Part shown: piece after piece, positions 26,353 to 40,087 of the stretch
How the letters are laid out: each line of letters opens with the position of its first letter
How positions within the stretch are numbered: the stretch's first letter is position 1
Assembly: GCA_951406725.2 (NCBI GenBank)
Contig: OX597818.1
Span: forward strand, 116,932,001 to 116,996,000
DNA: 64,000 nucleotides
Source: Octopus vulgaris
Taxonomy: Eukaryota
Direction of reading: 5' to 3'
The notes under the pieces: generated by a model
Told to the model about the DNA's origin: nothing
Databases searched by the model: none
The model's input: the letters and a program-made list of their open reading frames with translations, nothing else
Made by a program: the position numbers and the translations under genes

Positions 26353-26600
26353 AGGCGCAATGGCCGACATATATATATGGAGGCGCAATGGTCGATTCCC
26401 AGACCGGGCGTTGTGAGTGTTTATTGAGCGAAAACACCTAAAGCTGCACGAGGCCCCGGCAGGGAATGGTGCGCCACAACTTTCTCTCGCTCTTTCTTCT
26501 GTCGGCCTGCTCGCTTAGCCAGCGGGGTGGCGTCATTTGAAGGCTAAAACAATGCGAAGCGTATTGTGACCAGCGATGTGTAGCAACATCTCATAACCTA
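26350..26600 (+). mobile_element. SINE family A variant (duplicated and deleted head, different tail)
   Basis: tggaggcgcaatgg twice, family A body to ctttctctc, then an unrelated tail. Confidence 0.75.
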
Positions 26601-27168
26601 TATATATATATATATATATATGGTACGAAAATATCAAAGACGAAGTAAAAATATAAAGAGATTGTATCATTTTGACGCTGAGTAAAATTGAAAGAAGTCT
26701 TTTACATTTCAAGCCTACTCATTTCAATGGATAGGATGGATGAGGAGAGGAACATATTCGGAGAAAAGAAGAAGCACGTTTCAAATCCACGTTCACCGCA
26801 TCACCTTATCCGCATTTCGTGCAGGAACAGGACTAGCGTAGGGCTTAATTAACTAACCCATGTTAGTTGTATTTCTGTAAGTTATAAGAGCATCACTTCA
26901 TTAATACAAGTCTTGTATATCACATATACATGTGAAAAATAGGGATTTTCTTCCGATTCAATGTTACGTTCGTTTCGTTGAAAGAAAGCCATTTATTTCA
27001 TATTACATATAAGTTAAACAACTCGTCGAATAAAACTAGTGTTCATTCACTTCTAGCATTTGAATTCGAATCACAACCAGATTATATGCATGCATGCATG
27101 CATGTATGTATGTATGTATGTATGTATGTATGTATGTATGTATGTATGTATGTATGTATGTATGTCTA

Positions 27169-27231
<63 letters not shown>

Positions 27232-27265
27232 ATATCTTTCTATCTCTCTCTCTCTCTCTCTCTCT

Positions 27266-27309
<44 letters not shown>

Positions 27310-27310
<1 letters not shown>

Positions 27311-28225
27311 CGGGAAGCTTTATGAAAATAGACAAAAGACGAAGGCAGGTTTACGGAAATAAACAAAAGACGAAGGCAGGTGGAATACAAACAAACAATT
27401 GTATTAGTATGGCGCTCAGGAAATATAAATAAAACAAGTCTTTAACGTTTCGAGCCTACGCTCTTCAACAGAAAGATACACAGAGAAGAAACACAGAAAG
27501 AAGGAGAGAAAAAAATGCGTGCAGAGGCTAGCGAATCAACATGGCGATCTGATTTCGGCCAGAAGTCAAAGATCAAACGTGAAACGCAAGAGCGAAATTA
27601 GGGGAGATAATAGGGTTAAATGACCTCGCTCCAACATAAGAGTGTGTGTGTGTGTATGTGAAGAGTGTGTGTGTGTGTATGAGAGAGTATTAGTGCGTAT
27701 GAGAGGTCTGGACGTGTGTATTTATATATGATGTAATGTGTAAAGTCGTATGGTGTAGTGTAGAGAGAGGAGATGAGGGAAGAGGAGGGAGGTAAGGGGT
27801 GAGGGGTGCGGGTGAGGGGGGAGAAAGAAAGGGGAGAAAAGGAGGGGGAAGGGGGAGAAGGAAGGAGAGGAGAAGAGGAGGGGAGGGAAGGGGGAGAAGG
27901 AAGGAGAGGAGAGGAGGCGGGAGGATAGAGGGAGAGGGGGAGAGAGTGAAAGAGAAGGGGAGTGAGGGAGCAGAGAGAAAGAGGGAAGGGGAAGAGGGAA
28001 GAAGGAGGGAGGGAGAAAGAGGGAAGAAGGGAAGAGGAGAGAAGAAGGGAAGAGGAGTAGGGGTGAAAGGATGAAGGACTGAAGAGAAGTAGGGGTTAGA
28101 TGAGGAGGGGGAGAGGGGGGTTAGGTGAGGAGGGGGAGAGAGTGTTAGATGAGGAGGGGGGGAATGTTGAGACCAAATGGCGTATAAGAGCGAAGAGAGA
28201 AGATTAATTCCTGTTCACGGCGCAA
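27310..28225 (-). mobile_element. 5'-truncated Penelope-like element 3' end: GIY-YIG C-terminus, CT-rich UTR, HHR
   Basis: Minus 28225-28145 reads LRREQELIFSLRSYTPFGLNIPPLLI*. Pyrimidine tract 27760-28165 on the minus strand; (TA)n on both sides. Confidence 0.75.
27439..27476 (-). ncRNA. minimal hammerhead motif, variant core CUGUUGA
   Basis: tcttt-CTGTTGA-agagc gtag gctc-GAAA-CG-TT-aaaga; degenerate relatives near 26695-26745 and 35535-35575. Confidence 0.7.
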
Positions 28226-28293
28226 ATATATATATATATATTATCGCGGGCGTGACTGTGTGGCCGTTTACACACATACATATATATATATTA

Positions 28294-28677
28294 GAGCGGT
28301 GAGCTGACAGAAACGTTAGCACGCGGGGCGAAATGCTTAGCGCTATTTAGTCTGCCGCTACGTTCTGAGTGCAAATTTCGCCGAGGTCGACTTTGCCTTT
28401 CATCCTTTCGGGGTCGATTAAATAAGTAGCAGTTACTCACTGGGGTCGATGTAATCGACTTAATCCGTTTGTCTGTCCTTGTTTGTCCCCTCTGTGTTTA
28501 GCCTGTGGCCAATAAGAAAATAAATATTTTCGTGGGTACTTACAAAATGTCTGGAAAAGAAAATTTGGTTAAATAAGTACCAGTTACGCACTGGGGTTGA
28601 TGTAATCGACTTAATCGATTTGTCCTTGTTTGTCCCCTCAATGTTTAGCTCCCGTGTGGCCAATAAAGAAATAAATA
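28294..28677 (+). mobile_element. SINE family B with tandem duplication of its 3' half and flank
   Basis: 28419-28567 is repeated at 28569-28720. Confidence 0.85.
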
Positions 28678-29254
28678 TTTTGGAGAGTACTTACAAAATG
28701 TCCCGGAAAAGAAAACTAGGTTATATTATGATGTCGCCTTTTTCTTTCATTTTTGGCACTTCCACTATTTTCGTAATTGTATCATGTATAAATGTATATG
28801 ACCTCGGGATAGTATGGAAGCAGGATCGCTTGTTCAAGTGCTGCAGGTTTCTGTGTCTGTTTCTGATAAAGTGAGATCAGATTTTATTATACATTGGCTT
28901 TACTTCTGAACGACTGCATCGCCTGTATTGCAAATTACATCGGACCGCAGGCTGAAGTCTAGCGGTGTTTTGTTGGAAAGAGCGGACCTACATGAAAATA
29001 CGAATTTCCAAAGCCTGAAAGGTAAAACAGTGTTCCTGGGCATAAACGCTGCAGTAAAGATGATGGTATGGCCATTAGGATAGTGTCCATTTACAGTTCC
29101 ACTGGTGATGGCAAGTCGAATTTTGGCAGTACTACCGCGGCAGGAATTTCAGGAAATTTTTCATAGGCCTTGGTTCGAAAGGCCTCTGATAAGGATCAAT
29201 CAGTTAATACTAGTGAACACTCAGATCCACCCCACGAGGACGTCATCGCATGAC

Positions 29255-29791
29255 CCCAAAACGCGAAGTCAAGCTGAATTCGAACACCGAATTTAAATAC
29301 GGTCGAAATGCCGTTAAGCATTTTGTCCGGTGTGACAACGATTCTGCCAGCTCGCCGCTTTGGCGATGGTAAGAGTTTCAACTTTTGGCGCCAGGCTTAC
29401 AATTTCTGGGAGGTGGCAAATCGATACTATCGATCCAGTGATCAGCTATATTGACCACAAAAGGCTAAAAGGCAAAGTTGACCTCGGCGTAATTTGAATT
29501 CAGAACGTAAAGCCGGACGACATGCCGCTTAGCATTTTATCCGGATCCCTTAAGATTCTGCCAGATTGCCGCCTTCACTATCCTTTCTACTTTAGGCACA
29601 AGGCCTGAAATTTTTTTAGGGGAGGTGACAAGTCAATTACATCGACTCAAGTGTTCCACTGGTACTTAATTTATCGACCACGAAAGGAGGAAATGCAAAG
29701 TCGACTTCGGCGGAATTTGAACTCAGAACGTAGTGGTAAACAAAATACCGCTAAGCATTTCGCTCAGCGTGCTAACGTTTCTGCCAGCTCA
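29255..29791 (-). mobile_element. three SINE family B copies
   Basis: Reverse-complement cores, increasingly degenerate leftward. Confidence 0.8.
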
Positions 29792-29813
29792 CTGCATTCA
29801 TAATGAAGAAGAT

Positions 29814-30166
29814 GTGGAGGAGCGATGGCCCAGTGATTAGGGCAGCGAACTCGCAGTCATAGGATCGCGGTTTCGATTCCCAGACAGGGTGTTGTGAGAG
29901 TTTATTGAGCGAAAACACCTAAAGCTCCACGAGGCTCCGGCGGGGGCTGGTGGCGAACCCTGTTGTACTCTTCACCACAGCTTTCTCTCCCTTTTCTTCC
30001 TGTTTCTGGTGTACCTGTATGTACCGCTAAATCTCTCCGGGAACTACGTTAAGGGTACACCTATCTGTGGAGTGCTCAACCACTTGCTCGTTAATTTCAA
30101 GCTCAGGCTGTTCCGTTGATTGATTGGATAACTGTAACCCTCGTCGTCGTAACCGACGGAGTGCCG
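29814..30166 (+). mobile_element. SINE family A, diverged
   Basis: tRNA head through cgtcgtaaccgacggagtgc. Confidence 0.85.
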
Positions 30167-30659
30167 TAGTAATGAAGGAAATAATGACAACAAAATTCTT
30201 TGTCAGTAGCAGCGATAGTACTTCCAACGACTTTCCTTCAATGAAGTTTAAAGTATTTATTGTAATATGTGTTTTTGCCTTTTATTCTGTGAATGTCATA
30301 TCACTGTCATTTGTAGAGAAGAGTTAACTTCCTGAGTTGAAATATTCATTTTGATAAACTAAGGATTAAGTAAAAGAGAAAGAACAACAGAATTAGCTGG
30401 GAAATCTTTTAAGATAATTTTTTCTTCTAATTATTTTTTCATTTTACTAGGATGATTTGAAAAGGAAATGCAGCAGCAGCCTTGTAAAATGTATTTAGCA
30501 GGGATAAATTTCATGGAGAGAATAATGATCCACTTGATAGGGTTCTGTTTAAGCAAACAAGACAATAAATGAGGAATATTAGCACGAAGAGACCATAGAG
30601 TTCTTGCTGATAATTCGTTAATTTGTTATATGCGTTCTTTCTTTATAAGCGTACTCTAC

Positions 30660-30699
30660 ACATACATACATACATGCAAACATGCATATATACGTACGT

Positions 30700-30781
<82 letters not shown>

Positions 30782-31335
30782 GTGTGTGTGTATGTATATA
30801 TATATATATATATATGAGCATGTCTAGATATGCAACTGTATGCATGAGAATACATACATAAAACATACAAATCTGCACATACATGCATACATATATATAT
30901 ATATATATATGTCTGCATACATACATGCATACATACATACATACATACATACATACATACATACATACATACATACATACATACATACATACATACAATA
31001 ATACCCTGTTGCTGATGTTGAAATTCCAACGAAGGAACCTTGGATCTAGTTTAGAAACCGGTTCTTTCTCTATTGACAAGAAATCTTGAAATAAACTGAA
31101 TAAAGACATACATACATGTATACATACATATATACATATATATATACATACATACATACATACATACATACATACATACATACATACATACATACATACA
31201 TGCATACATACATACATGCATGCATACAGCATACATACATGCATACATACATACATGCATACATACATGCATGCATACATATATACATGCATACATAAAT
31301 ACATGCATACATACATGCATACATACATACATTCA

Positions 31336-31369
<34 letters not shown>

Positions 31370-31566
31370 CATGCATTCATACATATATACATGCATACAT
31401 AAATACATTCATGCATACATGCATACATGCATACATACATGCATACATACATACATACATGCATACATACATGCATACAAACATACATACATTCATACAT
31501 GCATACATACATACATACATACATACATACATACATACATACATACATACATACATACATACATAC
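30660..31566. repeat. compound (ACAT)n/(TA)n/(CA)n tract containing a family E unit at 31000-31110
   Basis: Direct. Confidence 0.95.
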
Positions 31567-31569
31567 AGC

Positions 31570-32690
31570 TGCTTAGTCCAGAGAGGATTTTGTACTCCAG
31601 TTCACCGAAAGAAATTTGCCAATATGCTTGCATTTACTGAACATTTCGGATCTAGAATGAAGTAGTGTGGTAGAAATGTTGGATATAAAAAGAATTTGTG
31701 ATCATTCAGCTATATATAAATTGCATTTCTAAGATCCATTTACGCACGACATGAATTTCTTTACGAATCTCCACTTTGTTGTATGTACTGTGCAGTTTGT
31801 CTTCAAGCCACCTACTGGCTAACTATTGCCGATGTGCAGGGAAATAAGATTGATGGTTTGGATAACGTCTTTTGAAATTGCCTTCGCAATAAAACGACGT
31901 AATTTTTCATATCAGTTACGTTACCTTGACGGGTTTCTGTGACGTCTGTCACAAAAAACGAATCGTGTGACCTCTGCCAGCATAAATTTTATGACTTCAC
32001 CCCATATAAATTGTATGGTCTCATACATTAAATTGTACGATCTCACCCAACATAAATTATAATGCTAACCTGATTCTAGAAATTTAATCGACTTGCACTA
32101 ACAACTGAAGGCTCCTCATATGAGTGTCTTATCATGTGGTAGCTAAGCAAATACACTTATTAATGCATGGCTTTAGCAAAAGATTGGAGCACTTTTGCGC
32201 ATTTTACGTCAATCATGCAAGATGAATGAGTGTAGAAGTAACAATAAGAACTACATATTTCTACAATATTTCTTGCAGCAGGGTTTGAAATCCTTGTACT
32301 GATGGTGTTATTTATAGTTGAAACGAATGAATTTAATTTGTTAGCTCCAATTGAAAGAACATGCAATGTCTACCAAAAGTAACAGTTTTCTGTTATGAAA
32401 TTCCTGTATAAAGATACCTCGTGAAACATACTACCAAGGTGATAATAAATGTTTGGGTCACAGAATCAGGCTTAGGATTCGGTATCGCCTCCGATAACGT
32501 AGGATTGTAGGCGAGAGTGATAAACAAATTAAGTCTTCATATTTCCAAACATTGTAATGGCCTCCAAAGTGCATGCATTCATGCATATCGCACGGGCATT
32601 TTGTGAAAATAGCGGGATATATAACCAACGTTTTAACGTTGGCAGAACGACTATCATTTGCATCGTCTCTGAAATGAATATGAGCAATAA
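31570..32690 (-). mobile_element. Helitron Rep (HUH) fossil
   Basis: Ordered remnants PAIFTKCPCDMHE, VWKYE, NLFITLAYNP, INNTISTRISNP, SSCMIDVKCAK correspond to Helitron PSSFTGSPRYM, VRKYG, DLFITFTCNP, IISAEIPDP, SPCMKDGKCSK. Confidence 0.6.
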
Positions 32691-33251
32691 AATTTAATCA
32701 GCTCTGGTTGTGTTTGGTGTAGCTCAATAACTCAGTTTTCACATACCTGTCAAAAATAGATTGATGGGAGAGCTCTCTGTACTTTTTGATATTCTTCACT
32801 CCTTCTGATGGTGTCGTATTTATACTTGATGCATGCATACTTACATAGGTACGCACGTACATACATACACATATAAGTATATATGCATGCATGTATAGAA
32901 TACACATATATACATAGATATACACATAAACACACGCATTCACAAACAAACGTGTGCATATATATATATATATATACATAAATTAGAAAAAAACCCCACC
33001 TTTTATCAATTCAATAATGAAAAATTAAATTATACCATTTAGAAAAAATACATATTATAGAAAGATTAAATATAAGATAAAACATATAACGATGATTAAG
33101 TATTGTGCAAAATAATAAATAAAACGTTGGAATTATTTAGAAGTCTTATTTTTCCTATATTGCTAAGCGTAAATACTAAAATAGTGTTCTCTATTTCAGG
33201 GTGGAGGTATACAGAGTTAATCTAAGCAGAAGTTCCAGTCATACGATCTAA

Positions 33252-34215
33252 CATGGCCACTTAAGAAGCCAAGAGACAATGCCTTGTAGATTTGCTTCGT
33301 GCCGGTGTTGCAACTAGACGTATTGCTCAGACTGTTTGGGCCTCTGTGAGCACTGTCTACAACTTTAGGAATCGAATGCTGGATATTGGAGGCATCAAGA
33401 GAAACCAAGGAAGTGGAGACATAAAAAAATGGTATAATGCATTTCTTAGATCTCTCAAAGCCCAAATTTCGAAAGACTCAACAACATCTATGAGAAAACT
33501 GTCCATGGACATGAAAGTTGATCCAAAGACCATCAGAAATGCTGTAAATACTGATTTACATTTGGGGGTCTCACGTGAGGGCCCCGAGACACGTATTAAC
33601 TCATGCAATGAAAGCCAAAAGGCATAAAAGGGCCAAAAATGTGTTGCGATGCCTGAAGCACAATGGACAAACCGTCAAAGGCTTTTCAGACGAAAATATC
33701 TTTCCCGTTGATGCTGTTTTAAAACGTCCCAATGATGGATATAATGCTAAGTTACCTTCAGCTCAAGTCGTGATACTGGGAGTCGTGGCGTCCGACGGAA
33801 AAAAAGATACTTCTCCATTTATTCAAGTCTGGGGAAAAGGTGGGGCCTTACGTTTATTATAAAGTCCTGCGGTATTAGGTTTTTCCTTGGCTGAGGTATA
33901 ACTACTCCAACGGTAATTATGTGTGAACCGAAGATGGTCCTCCTGCTCATACGGCGAAGAAAGTGCAGAAATTCTGCGAAGACAACTTCGCCGACTTTTG
34001 GCCTGTCAACTTGTAGCATTCTTCCAGCCAAGATTTGAATTCCTTGGACTATGCTGTAAGGGGCAAATTGGAGGAGCACTCTACCAACAGAACTTCGCAT
34101 CCAAGTCTTCATCATTTTAAGCAACATGTCTGAGTATTCCGTCATGAATAGTTGTGACGTTTCTAGGCGGCGTATGAAGGCTGTGGTGGACATTAAAGGC
34201 AGACATATTGAATAA
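33252..34215 (+). pseudogene. DD37D (maT-type) Tc1/mariner transposase, disrupted
   Basis: HTH region, FSDENIF, GVVASDGK, DGPPAHTAK..DLNSLDY with 37 residues between the last two Asp; ends GRHIE*; frameshifts and stops. Confidence 0.88.
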
Positions 34216-34359
34216 ATTGTCTCTTTATACCCCTATATACTTCTGTTAAAATTACATTTATATCAGGTTGCCGGTTGTTCTAATATAAACAATATTGTGA
34301 ATTATCTATTATTTTCCAAGTTATACTTCCACACCATGTGTGTGTATGTGTGTGTGTGT

Positions 34360-34422
<63 letters not shown>

Positions 34423-34497
34423 AATATATAAGAATATTTGCGTAATAAGATAAAAAACCCAAGGCTGTATAGATATTAGAGCATTTATAGATAGAAG

Positions 34498-34549
34498 GTC
34501 TTACAGCTGTTTCTAGGATAATAATTAATAATACCCCTTCATCGGAGAC
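34498..34549 (-). ncRNA. hammerhead motif, variant core CCGAUGA
   Basis: gtct-CCGATGA-aggggt..atccta-GAAA-CAGCTG-TA-agac; lies next to a (TA)n tract. Confidence 0.7.
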
Positions 34550-34578
34550 GGTGTGAGAGGAAAAGTTAAGTCATAGTT

Positions 34579-34717
34579 AGTAGCTTGCTTACAAACCACA
34601 TGGTTCCGGGTTCAGTGCCACTGCGTGACACCTTGGGCAAGTGTCCTCTACTAGAGCCTCGGGCCGACCAAAGACTTGTGAGTGGATATGGTAGACGGAA
34701 ACTGAAAGAAGCCCGTA

Positions 34718-34775
<58 letters not shown>

Positions 34776-35005
34776 GTGTGTATATGCTTATGTATCAGTG
34801 TTTGTCTCCCCCAACCACCAGCATCGCTTTGACGAAAGATGCTGGCGCATTTACGTCCCCGTAACTTAGCGGTTCGGCAAAATAGACCCATAGAACAAGT
34901 GCTATGCTTACAAAGAATAAGAACTGCGGGTCAATTTGCTCGACTAAAGGCGGTGCTCCAGCATGGCTGCAGTGAATGAACTGAAGCAAGTAAAAAAAAA
35001 AAGAG
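34579..35005 (+). mobile_element. SINE family D
   Basis: Both halves plus internal microsatellite. Confidence 0.87.
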
Positions 35006-35016
35006 AATACACACAC

Positions 35017-35062
<46 letters not shown>

Positions 35063-35181
35063 ATACATGCACACAAACACACATACACGCACACAAACAC
35101 ATAAATGTAGATGTATGAATGTACGACTGTTTCTACATATGTATGCATGTATGTATCTATACATATATAGATATCTATTAA

Positions 35182-35222
<41 letters not shown>

Positions 35223-35331
35223 GAACATATATATAAATACACATATATATGCATATATATACACACACATACATATACATATATATATGTATATGTATGT
35301 GTGTGTATATATATGCATATATATGTGTAGT

Positions 35332-35362
<31 letters not shown>

Positions 35363-35411
35363 TTGTATATATATATGTGTATATATACATATGTATATAT
35401 ATATGTGTATA

Positions 35412-35465
<54 letters not shown>

Positions 35466-36671
35466 GCCAAAATAATACGAGAACGATGTAAAAAGCAAAC
35501 AAAGCTATATTCGTTTTACATTCAAAAGATTTGAAGACTTTTACGTTACGCACATGCGCTCTTTTACAGGAAGAATAGACAAACGGAAAAAAATGGAGGA
35601 AAGCAAGAAAAAAAAAACGTGACTCAAAACAGACCTACATACATACATACATATATACAGAATACATAAGTCCATAGTCATGTACACACATATGTACATA
35701 CTATAAACTTGCGGTTATTATTTTGTCTTCCATTATTTAAACAGTTCAAAAACCTCAAGCTTCAATCTGCAGCTCAACAATTGTCGGTTCATCGGTAGTC
35801 ATCATGATAGATCTCCATGTGCAGTTACCTCACGTAGAGCTTAATGCACCATTGTGATATTGTTACTATACCGAAACAGGATGGAATAGTTAAACGGAAA
35901 TGAATGTTTTAAAGGAAAACATGAAACAGATGTCCGTCGCTTAAAGAGACAAATTGTGTGTATCTATAAAGTGTATAACTCTTCGTGAATGTGTGTGAGG
36001 ATACATGTATTTATGTTTGTTAATATTGACTCTGTGTGTGAGTATGCACACGAGAGACTGTATGAGAAAGTGCTGTGTGTTTGGTTGAACATTTGTGAGT
36101 GTATGTCTGTAAGTGGATGTGAGTGAATTTATGTAAGTAAATGTGAGTGTGTGAACTTGTTTCTGTGGTGTTTGTGAAGCACAGAGAAGAAAAAGAAGAG
36201 AAATGAACAGAAAAAAAAACGTCTGAATGGAATGTAACTGAATAGAGAGAAATATTTGAAATATTCTACTATTCACGCCTACACACAGCCAAATATCTAC
36301 ATAGATACAAGCGAACGTCCATCAATTCCTATATATTCACAGGCACATATCCAACAATTCACACATACAAAGGTATGTGGAAACAGAATACCGCTTGCCT
36401 TCCTACCGAAACTGACTGACATCCACTATTTATTTGCACGTACAAATATGTTAACAGCCAGTTAAATACGTATAAAATGAAACACACGCAGCTTTCAGAC
36501 GAAGATTCTTTGTAGTCAGAAATATATAAACACAGCGGAATAATTATAGACATAGAATGTGCATTGATTGACACAGATCTGTCTGTTGTGCAATTTGATG
36601 GCAATTTATTAAGCTTCATCCTCAGTAATATAGCTAAGGAATTCCAGAATTCTAACAAGAAGAAATAATCT

Positions 36672-37048
36672 TAATGGTTTGTCCGGAAAGTTCGTGCCGA
36701 TTTTTAAAGGAAAGAAAAAAGTCAATAAATACTTGCCATTACATTTTTAATCAACCAAATATGAACCATTTTGTTGCACAATGCGTCTCCATCTTTCCTT
36801 TAACTTGAAAATACCCTCTTCCCAGAATTGAGGTGGTTTCAAGGCAAAGACTTCATCAAGGTATCTTTTTACGTCATCCAAGGAATTGAAATTTTTACCG
36901 TTAAGACTATTCTGCAGGGACCTGAATAAGTGGAAATCTGAAGGAACAGTATCCGGTGAATATGGAGGGTGGGGTAACACATCCCAGCCGAGCTGCAGCA
37001 ATTTTTGTCTGGTTCCCAAAGCATCAAGTGCCAAAAATGAAGTCTATT
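36672..37048 (-). mobile_element. internally deleted mariner, 3' part
   Basis: LGWDVLPHPPYSPDTVPSDFHLFRSLQN..RWRRIVQQNGSY; TIR at 36672-36700. Confidence 0.92.
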
Positions 37049-37070
37049 CTTTAATGACCACCTTAGAAGT

Positions 37071-37638
37071 TATTGGGTTGTACGGAAAGTTCGTGTCGAT
37101 TTATAGTAGCTTATATTTCGACTTAGTTTAGAACATGGTTGAGTCCATAAAATAGGATTTGACTACACCTCCATTTAGAGCGCAGTTTAAGCTACTTTTC
37201 GTGGAAGAAGGTTTATGTTCCTATAACCTGTGTTAATTATGTAGCCCTTTAAAATGGAAGATAAAAAGATCATTTTCGGCACTTGATGCTTTGGGAACCA
37301 TACAAAAATTGATGCAGCTCGGCTGGGATGTGTTACCCCACCCTCCATATTCATCAGACATTGCTCCTTCAGATTTCCACTTATTCAGGTCTCTGCAGAA
37401 TAGTATTAAGGGTAAATATTTCAATTCTTTGGATGACGTAAAAAGATACCTTGATGAAGTCTTTGCCTTGAAACCACCTCAATTCTGGGAAGAGGGTATT
37501 TTCAAGTTAAAGGAAAGATGGAGACGCATTGTGCAACAAAATGGTTCATATTTGGTTGATTAAAAATGTAATGGCAAGTATTTATTGGCCTTTTTCTTTC
37601 CTTTAAAAATCGGCACGAACTTTCCGGACAACCCAATA
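37071..37638 (+). mobile_element. internally deleted mariner with both TIRs
   Basis: TIRs tattgggttgtacggaaagttcgtgtcga and tcggcacgaactttccggacaacccaata; N-terminal HFRHLML fused to the C-terminal YSSDIAPSDFHLF region. Confidence 0.93.
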
Positions 37639-38409
37639 TTAGTCTTTAAAAAATGTACTAAGCCAACTAGCAGCAAAAGATGCCAGTAGACTCACTAATT
37701 GAACTTACACCAAAATCCTAGTAACATTGTCCAGAAGGACAAAATTCGATAACAATTTATGAGATCCAAATCGACGTTTTTCACTTGCAAACACAAAAAG
37801 GATAATAATAATTCTTTCTTTCTGGCTCAAGACCAACAACTGTAGGGGTGCTGTTAGAATCGGAAAGACTGGCGTGACGCATTTTGACCAACGCGCGATC
37901 GATTTTTACCAGTTCGCTGTTATTTCTGAATCTATATTCCAAGTTCTAGTTTAGCCGAATGCTATATCATAAATCTCTCTCTCTCTGAAAGGATCAATCT
38001 CGCCTGATTTTACCAGAATATGATATGGAATATGTTCCGTTCTTTTGATTATTTGCTACACAGATATCGAGGATGATGATAAATTATGTTAGTCTCAAAT
38101 CAGAGGTTTCTAATGCAAGTAGTGTTGCTTTGAACGATCATTTCATCGTGATATGTAAAAAAATGTTTCCATGCCACATTGAGTTATAAGTATTGTAACA
38201 ATCTTATAAATGTGTTTAAGACATCTCTTCAAGTTAGCGCAGGCATCGCATGAAACGTGTTGATTCTGTGCCTGCTCTTTGCCATAGTCGTAGTAGGTGA
38301 TGAGTGGTCAGTTACTTGAGCCAGTAATGTAGTCTTGCTGGTAGGCACTATGGAATCTGTTGGAATGTTGCAAACTGCGAAACCACGTGGTGGTCTTATA
38401 TCATTCAAG

Positions 38410-38784
38410 GAATATTTCAAAAATCTCCATACATAGGAAAAAAATTTTTTTTAATAGGTAACAGTTTATAAGATCCGCTAGATCCCCTGATCTGCCCCCT
38501 CTTGATTTCTATCTTTGGGGGCATTTTAAAGGCATGGTGTGTGGCGGTAAGATAAAAGACATAAATAATCTGAAGGAACGCATCACCAACTCATTTGCAT
38601 ATGTATCACCAGATGTGCCATTACAAGTTCACAATGAGTGGGGTAAACGTATTGCAATGTGTATTCAAAACAATGGTAACAATATAGAGCCTGTTAAATA
38701 AAAAACAAAACTGTTCTTATAAACTGTTTCTTCTAAAAAAAAAAAAATTGTTCCTACGTATGGCGACTTTTGAATCAACCTGTA
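38410..38784 (+). mobile_element. internally deleted Tc1/mariner-superfamily element with about 65-bp imperfect TIRs
   Basis: RSPDLPPLDFYLWGHFKGMV..LKERI..RIAMCIQNNGNNIE; TIRs about 38410-38473 and 38714-38784. Confidence 0.85.
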
Positions 38785-39685
38785 GACTAAGGCCAGCAGG
38801 TGAGGTAGATGTTGATATTTGATTTGCACAAGAGTGGTCGATGTTGACATCGAGCGCAAATAATTCAGTTTTTCCTTACATTCTTTGCATATGTAGGCAA
38901 ACACGATTTACCTCACAAGTATAAATACATATATTAACCACATTGTTCCTTTATCGGTTTCTTGTTAAATTACACAACACTCATGTATGTTGTCAACGAC
39001 CGTTATATATTCCGTGCATTTATTCGCATTTGGGCTGACGACGGAAATATTTACCGAAACACTAAGCTATTCCTCGAGATAATGTCTGAAAATTAATCTA
39101 TTTTATTTATTTCTTCCCATTTACTTAATTTACATGGAGATAAGAAAAAAAAACACATGACAATTTCCTGCTTAATCCTTACGTACATTCAGCGATAAAT
39201 TTTGAGATTTGGCTTAGTTGTACTAAAGTTAAACAACTAGGCCCGTCTTCTGTTTAGCTTCTGCTACGTATTGCGAATCTAATTTTTCACATTATCCCTA
39301 AGACCGCCATTACAGCTTCGTGATATCTTGAGTGGAAACCTTTTTCACTGAATCTCGTAATTTCCGTTTAGGTACCTTGGCAATACAGCAATACACGAAA
39401 CCAGCAACTGCTATATACTGATGATATACGAGCTTTTGTCATTAGTTCAACAGCGGCATGGGAGGTGAATAGTCATTGAGACATGTAAACGTTCTCTGAG
39501 ATAATAAGTATTAAATAATTAAGAACTTCTTTCTCGTCTGCATCTGAGCCACATTGTTCTCTTTTCTATAACTCTCTCATAAATTAATATACATCGGCTG
39601 CCTTTTGAGATGTTCTGCATTCTTACCGATTAAACCAATAAAAAAGTCTAACTTACATGATTCAAAATTTTACTGCGTGCATAAT

Positions 39686-39928
39686 GTGTATGTATGTATG
39701 TATGTATGTATGTATGTATGTATGTATGTATGTATGTATGTATGTATATATATATGTATGTATATATGTATGTATATATATATGTATGTATATATATATG
39801 TATGTATATATATCTATGTGTATATATATATATATATCTATGTATATATATATATTTGTATATATGTATGTATATATATATATCTATGTATGTATATATA
39901 TATCTATATATCTATGTATGTATATATA

Positions 39929-39965
<37 letters not shown>

Positions 39966-40037
39966 TTGCATGTATGTATGTTTGTATATATATATATTTA
40001 TTTATATATATGTATGTATATATATATATATGCATAT

Positions 40038-40085
<48 letters not shown>
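39686..40085. repeat. (TATG)n/(TA)n compound microsatellite
   Basis: Direct. Confidence 0.97.
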
Positions 40086-40087
<2 letters not shown>

